Positions 1 to 14,135 of a stretch of DNA of 64,000 bases are shown here, one piece after another. Each line of letters starts with the position of its first letter. The first letter of the stretch is position 1. The position numbers were made by a program, and so were the translations under genes. Source of the DNA: Occultella glacieicola (lineage in GTDB: Bacteria > Actinomycetota > Actinomycetes > Actinomycetales > Beutenbergiaceae); contig NZ_SMNA01000013.1 in NCBI RefSeq assembly GCF_004353825.1, positions 1 to 64,000 on the forward strand, written 5' to 3'. The notes beneath the pieces were generated by a model. That model was given only the letters and a program-made list of their open reading frames with translations, made no database searches and was not told the origin of the DNA.

Positions 1-2
1 AC

Positions 3-3642
<3,640 letters not shown>

Positions 3643-3661
3643 CCGGTCGGTTCCCGTCGCT

Positions 3662-3709
3662 GAGATCGCACCTGCCGTGCTGAACTCGTGCATGGGCAGG
3701 TGCGATCTC
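3662..3709. repeat. REP-like palindrome / terminator downstream of lacZ
   Basis: Perfect 15-bp inverted repeat GAGATCGCACCTGCC...GGCAGGTGCGATCTC, followed by a degenerate third arm (GGGTGCGAACTCG, ~3718-3730). Confidence 0.7.
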
Positions 3710-3906
3710 GACGCGGCGGGTGCGAACTCGGCGCCCCCGGCCCGGCTGCGTGGCCGCCTACGTGCCTCGGCCCCAGCGTGGTCTGGTTGAGGCGGTGCGC
3801 GCCGCGCTAGCGTGTGCGACCTCGGATCATTCCGTTCTGCGCGAACGCCGCGCTTCCGCGGAAGAGCTCCCGTGATCCTGCTGTTCGGCGGAAGGTGGGC
3901 TTTGAC

Positions 3907-5865
3907 GTGAGCACGAACAGCACCGGCAGCACCAGCAGCCCGGAGGGCACGGACGGCCCGGAGAGCACCGACGGCACGGACCGACATGCGGACCGACCCG
4001 GGCGGCCCAGCGGCGACGGTCCGCAGAGCCGGACCCACCGCAAGCACCTGATCGGCCAGCTCCCCGGGCCGCTGCGCTCGTTCCTGGCCACCGAGGCGGG
4101 CGGCGCGACCCTGCTGCTCGTGGCAGCCGCGCTCGCGGTCATCTGGGCGAACTCGCCGTGGTCCGCCTCGTACGAGGCGATCTGGGACGCGGACGGCGTG
4201 ATCGGGCTGGGTCCGTGGATGCTCGAGATGCACCTCGGGCACTGGGTCAACGACGGGCTGATGGTCGTGTTCTTCTTCGTCATCGGCCTTGAGGTGCGCC
4301 AGGAGCTCGCCACCGGTGAGCTCACCGACCGGCGCCGGGTCGTGGTCCCGATCCTGGCCGGTATCGGCGGCATGCTGATCCCGGCGGCGGCCTACCTCGC
4401 CCTCAACGCCGGCACCGAGGCGGCGCACGGGTGGGGGATCGTGATCGGCACGGACACCGCGTTCCTCCTCGGAGCGCTGGCCCTGGTCGGCCCCGCGGTC
4501 TCCACGCAGCTGCGGATCTTCCTGCTCACGCTCACGGTCGTGGACGACCTCGTGGCCGTCACCGTCATCGGCGTCGCCTACTCGGACGACCTGGACCTCG
4601 CCGCGCTCGCGCTCGCGGTGGTCTGCCTGCTCGGACTCGTGGTGCTGAGCCGGTACGGGGTGTGGCGGGCCTGGCCGTACGTGGTGGTGGTGGTCGTGCT
4701 GTGGCTGGCCACGCTCGCGTCCGGGGTGCACCCCTCGATCGCCGGCATGGCCGCCGGGCTCCTCGTGCCCGCCTACCTGCCGCGGCGCCAGGAGGTGGAG
4801 GGCGCGGCGCGGTTGTTCGCAGCCTTCCGGCAGTCGCCGCAGCCGGACTCGGGTCTCATCGTGCAGGCCGGGGTGGCCCGCTCCATCTCGGTCAACGAGC
4901 GGATGCAGACCATCCTGCACCCGTGGACGTCCTACCTGATCGTGCCGGTGTTCGCGCTCGCCAACGCGGGCGTGGACCTGCGCGGCGGCGTGCTCGCCGA
5001 TGCGCTCGGTTCGCCGGTGACCTGGGGCGTGGTCGCCGGCCTCGTGCTGGGCAAGACGATCGGGATCAGCCTCGGCGCGTTCGCCGGGGTGCGGGCCCGC
5101 CTCGGCGCACTCCCGCAGGGCGTCGCGCCCGGGCACGTGGTGGGTGGCGCCGCCCTCTCCGGGATCGGGTTCACGGTGTCGCTGCTGATCGTGGACCTGG
5201 CGTTCGGGGACTCGGTGATCGCGGACGAGGCCAGGGTCGGGGTGCTGCTCGCTGCGGTCCTCGCGGTCGGGCTCGGCGCCCTGGTGTTCCGGCTGGCCGC
5301 CCGGTTCCGCGGCGAGACGAACGCGAGCCTGCCGACGGTGCTCTCCGAGCCGGTCGACCCCGGGCGCGACCACATCCGGGGCCCGGTGGACGCCCCGCTC
5401 ACGCTCGTCGAGTACGGCGACTTCGAGTGCCCGTTCTGTGCCAAGGCCACCGGTGTGGCCCGGGAACTGCGCGAGCACTTCGGCGACGAGATGCGGTACG
5501 TGTTCCGGCACCTGCCGCTGCCGGACATCCACCCGCACGCCGAACTCGCCGCGGTTGCGTCCGAGGCCGCCGCCCACCAGGGCCGGTTCTGGGAGATGCA
5601 CGACCTGCTGTTCCGGCGCCAGGACGAGCTCGAGGTGGAGGACCTGGTCGGGTACGCCGCGGACCTCGGCCTGGACGTGGAGGTCTTCATGCGCGGGGTC
5701 GACAAGGAGATGCTCAGACGCCGGGTGCGTGCCGACGTCGCCAGCGCCGAGGCCAGCGGCGCCCGGGGGACTCCCACGTTCTTCGTGGGGGAGCGGCGCC
5801 ACATCGGCCCGCACGACACCGCCTCCCTGATCGCGGCCCTGGAGGCCTCCCGCGTGTCCGCCTGA
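3907..5865 (+). CDS. nhaA: Na+/H+ antiporter NhaA fused to a C-terminal thioredoxin/DsbA-like domain
   Basis: [49 protein letters not shown], then DHIRGP...[11 protein letters not shown]...GTPTFF. GTG 3907 follows GGAAGG. Confidence 0.92.
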   Translation: MSTNSTGSTSSPEGTDGPESTDGTDRHADRPGRPSGDGPQSRTHRKHLIGQLPGPLRSFLATEAGGATLLLVAAALAVIWANSPWSASYEAIWDADGVIGLGPWMLEMHLGHWVNDGLMVVFFFVIGLEVRQELATGELTDRRRVVVPILAGIGGMLIPAAAYLALNAGTEAAHGWGIVIGTDTAFLLGALALVGPAVSTQLRIFLLTLTVVDDLVAVTVIGVAYSDDLDLAALALAVVCLLGLVVLSRYGVWRAWPYVVVVVVLWLATLASGVHPSIAGMAAGLLVPAYLPRRQEVEGAARLFAAFRQSPQPDSGLIVQAGVARSISVNERMQTILHPWTSYLIVPVFALANAGVDLRGGVLADALGSPVTWGVVAGLVLGKTIGISLGAFAGVRARLGALPQGVAPGHVVGGAALSGIGFTVSLLIVDLAFGDSVIADEARVGVLLAAVLAVGLGALVFRLAARFRGETNASLPTVLSEPVDPGRDHIRGPVDAPLTLVEYGDFECPFCAKATGVARELREHFGDEMRYVFRHLPLPDIHPHAELAAVASEAAAHQGRFWEMHDLLFRRQDELEVEDLVGYAADLGLDVEVFMRGVDKEMLRRRVRADVASAEASGARGTPTFFVGERRHIGPHDTASLIAALEASRVSA

Positions 5866-5908
5866 CCCGGCGCGCCGCGTGCGCTCCGGTGGTGGCAGAC
5901 TCTGCCGG

Positions 5909-6628
5909 ATGGTCACGGACGAGCGGGCGGGCGGGCACCAGCAGGCAGGCGGGCCCGGTCGAGCGCCGGTGCTCGGCGACCGGTCCTGGGTGGCCCTCTC
6001 GCTGCGCGGCCTCATCGTGGTCCTCGGGCTGGTGGCCGAGGTGTGGAACCTGGCCGAGCTGGGCGCCGGCGGCCTGGCGAACCACGTCGCCTACTTCACG
6101 GTCCAGACCAACCTGCTCGTCATCGTGGTGCTCGGCTGGGCGCTCCTGGTGCCGCCGCGGCGCCGGCCCACGTGGTTCGACCCGTTGCGTGGGGCCATGA
6201 CCACCTACATCGTGCTCACCGGGGTCCTGTACAACTTGCTGCTTGCGGCGCCGGGCGAGCTGTTCTCCTGGGACGTGCACCCGTCGAACCTGCTCCAGCA
6301 CCGGATCATCCCGATCCTGGTCGCCCTCGACTGGCTGCTGATCCCCGTGGCGCGGCGGCTGCGGCTGTCCCGGTTCTGGATCTGGCTCGGCTACCCGGTC
6401 GCCTACCTCGCGTTCACGCTGATCCGCGGCCCTCTGGTGGGCGACTGGTACCCGTACTTCTTCCTCGACCCGAACGAGTTCGGCGGGTACGGCGGGTTGC
6501 TGGTGCCGATCCTCGGCCTCGTGGTGGTGTTCGCCGTCGGGGCGTTCGTGGTGGGCGCGCTCGGGAACCTGCGGTACCGGACGACGGGTCAGCCGGTCAG
6601 CCAGTCCGGGGCGGACTCCTCGAGGTAG
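5909..6628 (+). CDS. Pr6Pr-family integral membrane protein
   Basis: YFTVQTNLL, YIVLTGVLYNLLL, H-x-IIP...DW, WLGYPVAY, WYPYFFLDP; multiple hydrophobic segments. Confidence 0.75.
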   Translation: MVTDERAGGHQQAGGPGRAPVLGDRSWVALSLRGLIVVLGLVAEVWNLAELGAGGLANHVAYFTVQTNLLVIVVLGWALLVPPRRRPTWFDPLRGAMTTYIVLTGVLYNLLLAAPGELFSWDVHPSNLLQHRIIPILVALDWLLIPVARRLRLSRFWIWLGYPVAYLAFTLIRGPLVGDWYPYFFLDPNEFGGYGGLLVPILGLVVVFAVGAFVVGALGNLRYRTTGQPVSQSGADSSR

Positions 6629-9333
6629 TCACCGATCAGGGCCAGGTTCTGGATCGCGGCGAGCCCGAACTGGGACGCGTCGTTCGTGGACACGAACGGG
6701 GCCTCGTCCACGGGCTCGAGCACGCCCGGGCCGTCGACCCGGGTCCGGGCCCAATGGCGCTCGCGGCACAGGGCGTTGACGTTGACCATGTCCCCGGAGT
6801 CCACAAAGAACCGACGCCACGCGAAGGCGGCCAGGTCCGCGTCGCCGTCGCGGCCGGCCGCATAGGCGCTCAGCCGGCTGTGCGCCTGGATCAGTGAGAT
6901 CCCGGTCAGCGCCTGCCCGACCGCGGCCTCCTGGGTCGCCGCGTCCGCGAGGTAGAGCCGGCAGTACTGCAGCCACGCCTCCTCGAACCCGGGCACGTCC
7001 GCCAGGTCGATCAGCTCCGAGCACACCTCGACGAGCCCGAACACGGCACTCAGGTGCGAGACCCGGACCCGTTCGGGGGAGGTGTCGAACCGGCCGGTCG
7101 CCAGGTCCAGGCGCGCCTCCCCGGTGAGGAAGCCACGCCGGAGCGCCCCGATATCGGCCATCGTGCCGAGCACCTTGTCCCGGGCCACGGTGTCGGCATG
7201 CCGCTCCCACCGGGTCAGCCAGGTCGCGGCGAGCGCGCCCCAGTCCGTGCCGAGCCCCACCGAGAGCGCGGCCGGGTCGGGAGAGTAGACGTCGCCGCGG
7301 ACCTTGCGGGTGGCGTCCACGTTCAGCAGGGCCCGCTCGGACGCCGCGAGCTCGTCGAGCAGGTCCCCGACCCGCTCATCGGCCGTCAGGTAGTAGTAGA
7401 ACCGCCGGTAGCTGGGGTTGGAGATCCGCAGCTGCTTCGCGCTGCACCCCCAGTGCTGCACGTTGTGCCGGGTGCCCAGCCCGGCGAAGCGCCCCGCGTG
7501 GTAGACGTCCACCTCCCCGGTGTGCCGGGTCATCGCCTCCGCGAACCGGAACACGTCGGCCCTCCCGGACCGCAAGTAGGACAGCCAGAACCACAGGTCC
7601 GGGGACAACTCGGAGTTGTCCCACGCGTACCCGCCGACGTCGTAGCGCCAGGTGTGCCGGTCCGCGTCGTAGGTGTGCATCACGTCGCCGTAGTCCCAGA
7701 ACCCGTACCAGCGGCGCTGCTCCACCTGGTCCAGGTAGAACGCGAGCAGGAAGTCGATCCGGTCCTCGATCGCGGCCCGGGCCGGAGTGGACCGGTCCAC
7801 CGGGGCCCAGTCGCCGAACACACCGGCCGAATGCAGCCGGTCCGGGTCGGCCACCAGCAAGGGGGGTGTCGCCAGCGCTGCGGCGCGGGCCGCAAGAGCC
7901 GCCGACGACGGCGTCCCCGCCACCGCGGTCAGGTTGAGTTCGTGGGTGCGGGCGATGCCGTGGGCATCGCCGTAGCCGGGCTCGTAGTCCTCGTAGGTGA
8001 TCTCGAGCGCGTCGAGCTGGTCGGCGTAGTCGGCCTGGCCGAGCCCGTCGTGGAAGAACCGCAGGTCCATGGCCCGCGACTCCGGCGACCACAGCCACAC
8101 CGTGAGCTCGCCGGTGTCGGTGGTGGCGCCGCGCACGTCGAGCTGCGTCGGCGCGCCCTTCCAGAAGTCCCGGAGACCGAGCTCCAGTCCACCGGAGGTG
8201 TCCCCGAGGTAGGCGTACCCACCGGCCCGGGTGCCACCCCCGATACCGACCCAGCCTGCGCCGTCGGCCGTGCGTTTGCGGACGGTGTAGCCGTCCGGAC
8301 TGCCCTGGTGCAGGGTCCAGTCGTTCCAGGTCGGCACCCAGTGCAGCCGGTCCGCCACGGCCGGCGCCCAGTCCCCGACCGGCGGGGTCGGCCGGCCGGC
8401 CACCTGCGCGGCCCGGACGTCTCCGCCGGGGTTGCGGCGGAGCCCGGTGATCCCGCGGACCGACTCGGTGAGGAAGCCGCCCGCGCTGCCGGCCACGCGC
8501 ACGTGCCGGTCGTGCGGCTGCTCGCGCAGGGGCACCTCGAAGCGAACCCCGAGGCCGGCGAGGAAGTCGCGCTCGGCGTCGCCGTCCCAGACGAAGGAGT
8601 GCATCAACCTGAGGGTGGGTGAGCCGGCGTAGAGATACAGGCGGACGGTGAACGGCAACCACTCACGGGCGCCGCCGTCCTCGCGGTGGACGCCGTCGAT
8701 GCGGAGCACCGCGCGCACCGGACCGGCCTGCTCCACGGTAGCCGCGCGCACCCGGGACGTGAACGGTGCCCGAGGCCGGGGGCCGTCATCGTCCGGGCCG
8801 TCCGCGAGCAGGCTGACGAGGCGGCCCGCGCGAGCGACCACCCGCCCGCCGGTCTCGATCTCGGAGACCAGATGCGCCCCCGTGCGCGGCACCCGGACCC
8901 GGATCACGCCGGTGTCCACGAGGACGTGGTCGTCGGTCTCGCGGACGTCGACGGCGGAACTCGGCTCGGGCGGCTGGGTGCCGGCCTCCAGCACGTAGGA
9001 GTCGGTGGGCGCCGTCGGCGCCGCGGCGTGGGCGGTCCACTTCACGGACCCGTCCGGCCAGGTCGCGGTCACCCAGGTCTGCACCGGTTCGGGGGTGCCA
9101 CCGGCGGTGCGGAGCCCGATCGGGGTGTCCGGCGCGAGCGTGCCCCGAGCCCAGGGGACGCCCCAGGTCACGCCGGTCGCCGCGGCGGGGACGTCCTCCA
9201 ACCAGTGCAGCGCGGTGCTCGGCCGGCCCGTGGGCTGGTTCGTGGGCGTGGTCGGGCCGGTCGCCGGCGACACGCTGGGGGCTTCGGTGGGCATGGGGCT
9301 CCTGGGTCGGGTGGTGCGGTCCAACGGGTTCAC
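6589..9333 (-). CDS. PL26/YetA-like exo-rhamnogalacturonan lyase
   Basis: VTWGVPW, WPDGSVKW, WYGFWDYGDVMHTYD, YDVGGYAWDNSE, HTGEVDVYH, RHNVQHWG. Last gene of a pectin ABC operon. GTG start overlaps the upstream stop (GTGA 9333-9330); no signal peptide. Confidence 0.8.
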   Translation of the reverse strand: MNPLDRTTRPRSPMPTEAPSVSPATGPTTPTNQPTGRPSTALHWLEDVPAAATGVTWGVPWARGTLAPDTPIGLRTAGGTPEPVQTWVTATWPDGSVKWTAHAAAPTAPTDSYVLEAGTQPPEPSSAVDVRETDDHVLVDTGVIRVRVPRTGAHLVSEIETGGRVVARAGRLVSLLADGPDDDGPRPRAPFTSRVRAATVEQAGPVRAVLRIDGVHREDGGAREWLPFTVRLYLYAGSPTLRLMHSFVWDGDAERDFLAGLGVRFEVPLREQPHDRHVRVAGSAGGFLTESVRGITGLRRNPGGDVRAAQVAGRPTPPVGDWAPAVADRLHWVPTWNDWTLHQGSPDGYTVRKRTADGAGWVGIGGGTRAGGYAYLGDTSGGLELGLRDFWKGAPTQLDVRGATTDTGELTVWLWSPESRAMDLRFFHDGLGQADYADQLDALEITYEDYEPGYGDAHGIARTHELNLTAVAGTPSSAALAARAAALATPPLLVADPDRLHSAGVFGDWAPVDRSTPARAAIEDRIDFLLAFYLDQVEQRRWYGFWDYGDVMHTYDADRHTWRYDVGGYAWDNSELSPDLWFWLSYLRSGRADVFRFAEAMTRHTGEVDVYHAGRFAGLGTRHNVQHWGCSAKQLRISNPSYRRFYYYLTADERVGDLLDELAASERALLNVDATRKVRGDVYSPDPAALSVGLGTDWGALAATWLTRWERHADTVARDKVLGTMADIGALRRGFLTGEARLDLATGRFDTSPERVRVSHLSAVFGLVEVCSELIDLADVPGFEEAWLQYCRLYLADAATQEAAVGQALTGISLIQAHSRLSAYAAGRDGDADLAAFAWRRFFVDSGDMVNVNALCRERHWARTRVDGPGVLEPVDEAPFVSTNDASQFGLAAIQNLALIGDYLEESAPDWLTG

Positions 9334-9971
9334 GCCGCGGCCAGGACGGGCGCCAGCGCGTCGGCGACGATCCGGGCCACGGCGGTGGCGCCGGTGACGT
9401 TGAAGTGGGTGTCGTCGGCGATGCCGTCCGGGTAGTTGGGGTGCTCGCCGGGGCCGAACCGGGTGAACAGGGACATCGACCCCTGCTCGCCGAGCGACTC
9501 GTACAGCTCGGTGGTGGCCGCGGTCAGGTCGATCAGCGGCACCCGCTGCGCCGCGGCCAGATCCCGGACGGCGTCCGGGTAGTCCCCGTGGGTGGCCGCG
9601 ACCGCGCCGCCGGCGAACCGGCGCCGCTGCACGCTCGTGCAGAGCACCGGTGCGGCGCCGGCCTCGCGGACCTCGGTGAGCATCCGGGTCAGGTTGGCGG
9701 TGTAGCCGGCGCTCGCACCGAGGACCTCGGGCTGCTTCTGATCGTTGTGCCCGAACTGCAGCAGGACGACGTCACCGGCGGCAGCCTCCCAGAGCAGCGC
9801 GTCCCAGAGCCCGTCCGCGCGCAGCGACGCCGTGGTGGCGCCGCCCTTCGCGAAGTTGTGCACCACCACCCCGGGCGTGAACGTGGCCAGGTGCGCGCCC
9901 CAGCCTGACATCGGGGCCTCGTGCGGCGGGCACGCCGCCACCGTCGAGTCCCCGGCGAGCAGGATCCTCAT
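9330..9971 (-). CDS. Rhamnogalacturonan acetylesterase (SGNH/GDSL, CE12)
   Basis: MRILLAGDSTV, GWG, NFAKGGATT, QFGHNDQK, DDTHF. ATGA overlap with the upstream permease stop. Confidence 0.88.
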   Translation of the reverse strand: MRILLAGDSTVAACPPHEAPMSGWGAHLATFTPGVVVHNFAKGGATTASLRADGLWDALLWEAAAGDVVLLQFGHNDQKQPEVLGASAGYTANLTRMLTEVREAGAAPVLCTSVQRRRFAGGAVAATHGDYPDAVRDLAAAQRVPLIDLTAATTELYESLGEQGSMSLFTRFGPGEHPNYPDGIADDTHFNVTGATAVARIVADALAPVLAAA

Positions 9972-10849
9972 CCCTTGACACTCCCGATCAGCATGCCCTT
10001 GGCGAAGTGCTTCTGCAGGAACGGGTAGGCGAGCAGGACCGGGATCGTGGCGACCATGACCACGGCGAACTTGATGCCCTGAGCCGGCGGCGGCAGTTCG
10101 TTGCCGAGATCCTCGGCGGTGAGGGAGGACGCCGCGGTGACCTGACGCAGGAACATCTGCAGGGTCCACTTCGAGGTGTCGTTGAGGTAGATCAGGGGCG
10201 ACATGTAGTCGTTCCAGATTCCGACGGCGTAGAACAATGCGAACGTGGCTAGCACCGGCTTGGACAGCGGCATCACCACACTGCGCAGGATGCGCAGTTC
10301 GTTCGCGCCGTCGATCTTGGCCGACTCCTCGAGTTCCTTGGGCAGTTCCTGGAAGAAGTTCTTGATGATGATGAGGCTGAACGGGTTGATCGCCGCCGGC
10401 AGGATCAGGGCCCAGTAGGTGTCCAGCAGCCCGAGTTCCTTGACGATCAGGAACGTCGGGATCAGGCCCGCGGAGAACACCATGGTGAACACGACCAGGG
10501 ACATGATGGTGCGCCGGCCGGGCAGGTCGATCTTGGACAGCGGGTACGCCATCAGCGCGGTCAGCGCGAGCTGGATGGCGGTGCCCACGCCGGTGACCGC
10601 GACCGTGGTGATGAACGCGCGCACGAACACGGTCGAGCCGAGGATCGAGGCGTAGGCGTCGGTGGTGAACTCGTTCGGCCACAGGAAGAAGGGCCGGGTG
10701 GTCAGCTCGTACTCGGTGGCGAACGAGCCGGCGAGCACGTACAGGAACGGCAGGATCGCGATCGCCCCGACACCGACCAGGACGACGACGTTGACGACGT
10801 CGAACGCCTTGCCGGCCGGGGTGTTGAACCGGTACTTGACCCTGGCCAT
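9968..10849 (-). CDS. Carbohydrate ABC transporter permease (MalG/LplC-like)
   Basis: EAA loop ELEESAKIDGA, FSAGLIPTF, YPFLQKHFAKGMLIGSVKG. TGATG coupling at 10849. Confidence 0.92.
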   Translation of the reverse strand: MARVKYRFNTPAGKAFDVVNVVVLVGVGAIAILPFLYVLAGSFATEYELTTRPFFLWPNEFTTDAYASILGSTVFVRAFITTVAVTGVGTAIQLALTALMAYPLSKIDLPGRRTIMSLVVFTMVFSAGLIPTFLIVKELGLLDTYWALILPAAINPFSLIIIKNFFQELPKELEESAKIDGANELRILRSVVMPLSKPVLATFALFYAVGIWNDYMSPLIYLNDTSKWTLQMFLRQVTAASSLTAEDLGNELPPPAQGIKFAVVMVATIPVLLAYPFLQKHFAKGMLIGSVKG

Positions 10850-11820
10850 CAGAAGATCCCCTGCTGGTTGAAGCGCTTGGCGAGCCAGTTCGTCCCGAAG
10901 ATCAGGATCACGCCGACGATCGCCTTGGCCAGGCCGACGGCCGTGGCGTAGGAGTAGGAGCCCTGCTGGATCCCGACGAAGTAGACGTAGGTGTCGAACA
11001 CGTCGGCGACGGTGCGGTTCAGGGCGTTGGACATGAGGTAGATCTGCTCGAACCCGGTGTTCAGGATCTGGCCGGTCTGCAGGATCAGCAGCACGATGAT
11101 CGTGGATCGGATGGACGGCAGCGTGATGTGCCAGACCCGCTGCCAGCGCCCGGCGCCGTCGATGATCGCGGCCTCGTACTGCTCCTGGTCCACCCCGGCG
11201 AGGGCGGCCAGGAAGATGATGGTGCCCCACCCGGTGTTCTTCCAGACGTCCTGCAGCACGATCAGCGGGCGGAACCAGGCCGGATCGGCGAGGAAGTTCG
11301 TGTCGGTCCCCAGGACGTCGTTCAGCAGCGTCCACAACGGACCGTTGCCGACCGCGAACAACAGCCCGGTCAGGGAGACCACCACGGTCCAGGACAGGAA
11401 GTGCGGCACGTAGACGAGGGTCTGCACGGTCCGCTTGAGGATGTTCAGGCGCAGCTCGTTGAGCAGCAGGGCCATCACGATCGTCAGCGGGAACGCGATG
11501 AAGAGGCTCAACGCGGCCAGGATCAGCGTGTTGCGCAGCAGCCGCGGGAAGTCGGGGTTCGTGAAGAACGTCTCGAAGTGTTCCCAGCCCACCCACTGGC
11601 TGCCTTCGATCCCGAGGAACGGGATGTAGTCCCGGAACGCGATCTGGGCGCCGTACATCGGCCAGAACCGGAACAGCAGGAAGTAGATGATGCCCGGCAG
11701 CATCAGGAACAGCAGCCACCGGTAGCGAACGAGCGTCTCGCGGACGTTGCGGCGGTTCGGCGGCCGTGGCGTGATGTCCGCGCCGCCGCTGACAGCCTCC
11801 GCCTCGATGAGCGTGGCCAT
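10849..11820 (-). CDS. Carbohydrate ABC transporter permease (MalF/LplB-like)
   Basis: PMYGAQIAF, WVGWEHF, PHFLSW, EQYEAAIIDGAGRW, FEQIYLM. Confidence 0.92.
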   Translation of the reverse strand: MATLIEAEAVSGGADITPRPPNRRNVRETLVRYRWLLFLMLPGIIYFLLFRFWPMYGAQIAFRDYIPFLGIEGSQWVGWEHFETFFTNPDFPRLLRNTLILAALSLFIAFPLTIVMALLLNELRLNILKRTVQTLVYVPHFLSWTVVVSLTGLLFAVGNGPLWTLLNDVLGTDTNFLADPAWFRPLIVLQDVWKNTGWGTIIFLAALAGVDQEQYEAAIIDGAGRWQRVWHITLPSIRSTIIVLLILQTGQILNTGFEQIYLMSNALNRTVADVFDTYVYFVGIQQGSYSYATAVGLAKAIVGVILIFGTNWLAKRFNQQGIF

Positions 11821-11843
11821 GGGAGCCTCCTCTCAGGGGTGGG

Positions 11844-11875
11844 GATGCGGGGGCCGGCCAACCGGCCCCCGCATC
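11844..11875 (-). promoter_or_regulatory. Intercistronic stem-loop after the solute-binding protein gene
   Basis: Perfect 14-bp stem GATGCGGGGGCCGG-CCAA-CCGGCCCCCGCATC. Confidence 0.7.
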
Positions 11876-11880
11876 GTCGA

Positions 11881-13440
11881 TCAGCCGAGTTCGCTGTAGA
11901 GCTCGTTCAGTTCGGCGATCACCTGGTCGCCGCCCTGGGAGTGCCAGCGGTCGATCACGTCCTGCAGCCCGGCCTCATCGATCTGACCCGCGATGAACTG
12001 GATCCGCGCATCGGAGATCAGCGTGTCGAGCTGGGTGCCGCTGGACTGGTAGGTCTCGGAGGCCAGCGAGGCCGCCGGGTTGAACACCGCGTTCTCGAGG
12101 TCCTCCGCCTGCAGGTCGAGTCGGAGCTGGGCCAGCTCCTCGTCGTACGGAGTCGCCGGCTGCGTCGCGTAGGCGTTGTAGCCGGCCACGTTCGTGCCGA
12201 GCTGGGCCCACGCACCGCTCACCTGGTCGGTGAAGTCCTGGCGGTCCTCGTTGTACACGGCGTACTCGCCCTCGACGGTGAAGTTGTCACCTTCGATGCC
12301 GTTGTTCAGGAGGATCTGCGCCTCGGTGCTGTTCATGTCGTTCAGGACCTGGAGCACCTGCTCGAGCTGTTCCTCGGTCTCCACCGAGGACCGCGGGATG
12401 GCCAGGAAGTTCGAGTAGCCGGAGGTGGGCATGGCGAACGTCCCGTGCGGGCCCTCGGGCTGCCCGACCAGGGCGACGTAGGACTCGGCGTTCTCGGGGT
12501 CCTGCTCCCGGAACAGCTCGACCAGCTGCGGTGCCCGGGACTGGACGTCGATGATGATGCCGCCCTGGCCGTTCAGGAACGGTTCGTTCCAGGTGGCCGG
12601 ATCCATCGTGGCGTAGTCCGGGTTGGTGTACCCGTTCTGGACGAGGTCACGCTCGTACTCCACGGCTTCCATCCACGCGTCGGTGGTGAACGACGGGACC
12701 AGCTCCCCGCCGTCATCCAGCCAGACGTTCCCGGCGCCGTGCCAGAGCTCGAGCGCGTCGTACGGGCTGCCCGAGCCGATCGACCCGGGCCATGCGGGGT
12801 TGATGAAGCCGTAGGTGTCGTCCGCGCCGTTGCCGTCGGGGTCGTCCTCGGTGAACGCGCGGGCCACCTCGTAGAGCTCCTCGACCGTCTGGGGCTGCTC
12901 GAGGCCGAGGTTCGCGAGCCAGTCCGCGCGCAGGATGATGCAGTGCCGGATGACGTCACGGGACCGGTACACGCCGTAGACGTGGCCGTTCACGCTCGTC
13001 GCCTCCTGGACCTCCGGGTTCTCCGAGACGAGGTTCGGGTAGTCCCCGGAGTTGAGGTAGTCGGTGAGCTCCCAGAACCCGCCGGCCTCCGCGGTCTGCA
13101 CGAACGCCGGGGTCTTGCCCATCACCATCACGTCCGGGATGTCGTCGCCGGCCAGGACCACGTTGGTGCGCTCGCCGTAGTCGGTGTTCGGCACCCACTG
13201 CACGGAGATGTCGACGCCGGTGAGCTCGGTCAGGGCCTGGTCGATCGGGTCGTCCTCCTCCGGCGGAACGGCCGCGAAGTAGGGCGACATGATGCTCAGG
13301 CTCGAGAGCGCGTCGCCCTCACCGCCGCCGTTCCCGTCGCCATCGCCTTCGTCACCCCCGCTCGAGCAGGCGGCGGTCAGCGCGAGGCCGGTCACGGTCA
13401 GGATCGCGAGCGGAGCTCGCAGTCGCTTCCTCGGTGTCAT
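11881..13440 (-). CDS. Carbohydrate ABC solute-binding lipoprotein (LplA/YtcQ-like)
   Basis: Lipobox LTAAC after a basic/hydrophobic signal; GDDIPDV, RADWLANLGL, DPDGNGADDTYG. ATG 13440 preceded by GAAAGGA. Confidence 0.9.
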   Translation of the reverse strand: MTPRKRLRAPLAILTVTGLALTAACSSGGDEGDGDGNGGGEGDALSSLSIMSPYFAAVPPEEDDPIDQALTELTGVDISVQWVPNTDYGERTNVVLAGDDIPDVMVMGKTPAFVQTAEAGGFWELTDYLNSGDYPNLVSENPEVQEATSVNGHVYGVYRSRDVIRHCIILRADWLANLGLEQPQTVEELYEVARAFTEDDPDGNGADDTYGFINPAWPGSIGSGSPYDALELWHGAGNVWLDDGGELVPSFTTDAWMEAVEYERDLVQNGYTNPDYATMDPATWNEPFLNGQGGIIIDVQSRAPQLVELFREQDPENAESYVALVGQPEGPHGTFAMPTSGYSNFLAIPRSSVETEEQLEQVLQVLNDMNSTEAQILLNNGIEGDNFTVEGEYAVYNEDRQDFTDQVSGAWAQLGTNVAGYNAYATQPATPYDEELAQLRLDLQAEDLENAVFNPAASLASETYQSSGTQLDTLISDARIQFIAGQIDEAGLQDVIDRWHSQGGDQVIAELNELYSELG

Positions 13441-13472
13441 GGTCAGTGTTCCTTTCGTCATCGTTGGCGAGG

Positions 13473-14135
13473 TCAAACGGGGGTGGTGCGGGGCTGCGCC
13501 TCGACCTGGCGGTCATTGGCGGCGAAGAAGGACAAGCACAGCGCGGTGCACAGGTAGATCCAGACACCGACCGAGACGGTCGGCAGCAGGCCGGGCAACC
13601 AGGCGGTGACGGCGGCCACGAGGGCGGTCGTGGCGGCGAGCAGGAGCGGGACGCCGGGGAACCGGAGCGCGAACGCGAGCGCCAGGCGCAGGCAGTCCCG
13701 GGCGCGCAGGTCGTAGTGGGCGTCCATGGTGATGACGAGGACCTGATGGGTCAGGGTCAGACCCGCGGCGACGGTCAGGGCGACGACCAGCGCGGTACCA
13801 CCGGGCTCACCCCAGAACGCCGAGAGGTTGAGCGCCAGGACCAGCAGGAGCAGCCAGCCCGGGGCCTGGAGCAGGTTCGCCCGGCGCAGTTGTCCGCGCC
13901 AGGCCGAGGCGAAGGTGCGCAGCAACGGCTGTGACTCGCCGCGGATCCGCGCCCGGCTGACCGCGACCGCGGCGGCGAGAGCCGGGGCGAACCCCAGCAC
14001 CACACCGCCGGCGACGGTGAAGGCGAGGACCAGCACGTTGAGGACGGCCACGAAACCGACGGCGTCCGCCCACCCGTACCAGCGCTCGGTGCGCCCGGCG
14101 GCGACGGTCGTCGGTGCCTCCGGTGCCGTCGTCAC
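13473..14135 (-). CDS. YesL/DUF624 family membrane protein
   Basis: LNVLVLAFTVAGGVVLGFAPA...F...W...AN pattern; first long gene of a sugar ABC operon. Confidence 0.8.
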   Translation of the reverse strand: MTTAPEAPTTVAAGRTERWYGWADAVGFVAVLNVLVLAFTVAGGVVLGFAPALAAAVAVSRARIRGESQPLLRTFASAWRGQLRRANLLQAPGWLLLLVLALNLSAFWGEPGGTALVVALTVAAGLTLTHQVLVITMDAHYDLRARDCLRLALAFALRFPGVPLLLAATTALVAAVTAWLPGLLPTVSVGVWIYLCTALCLSFFAANDRQVEAQPRTTPV

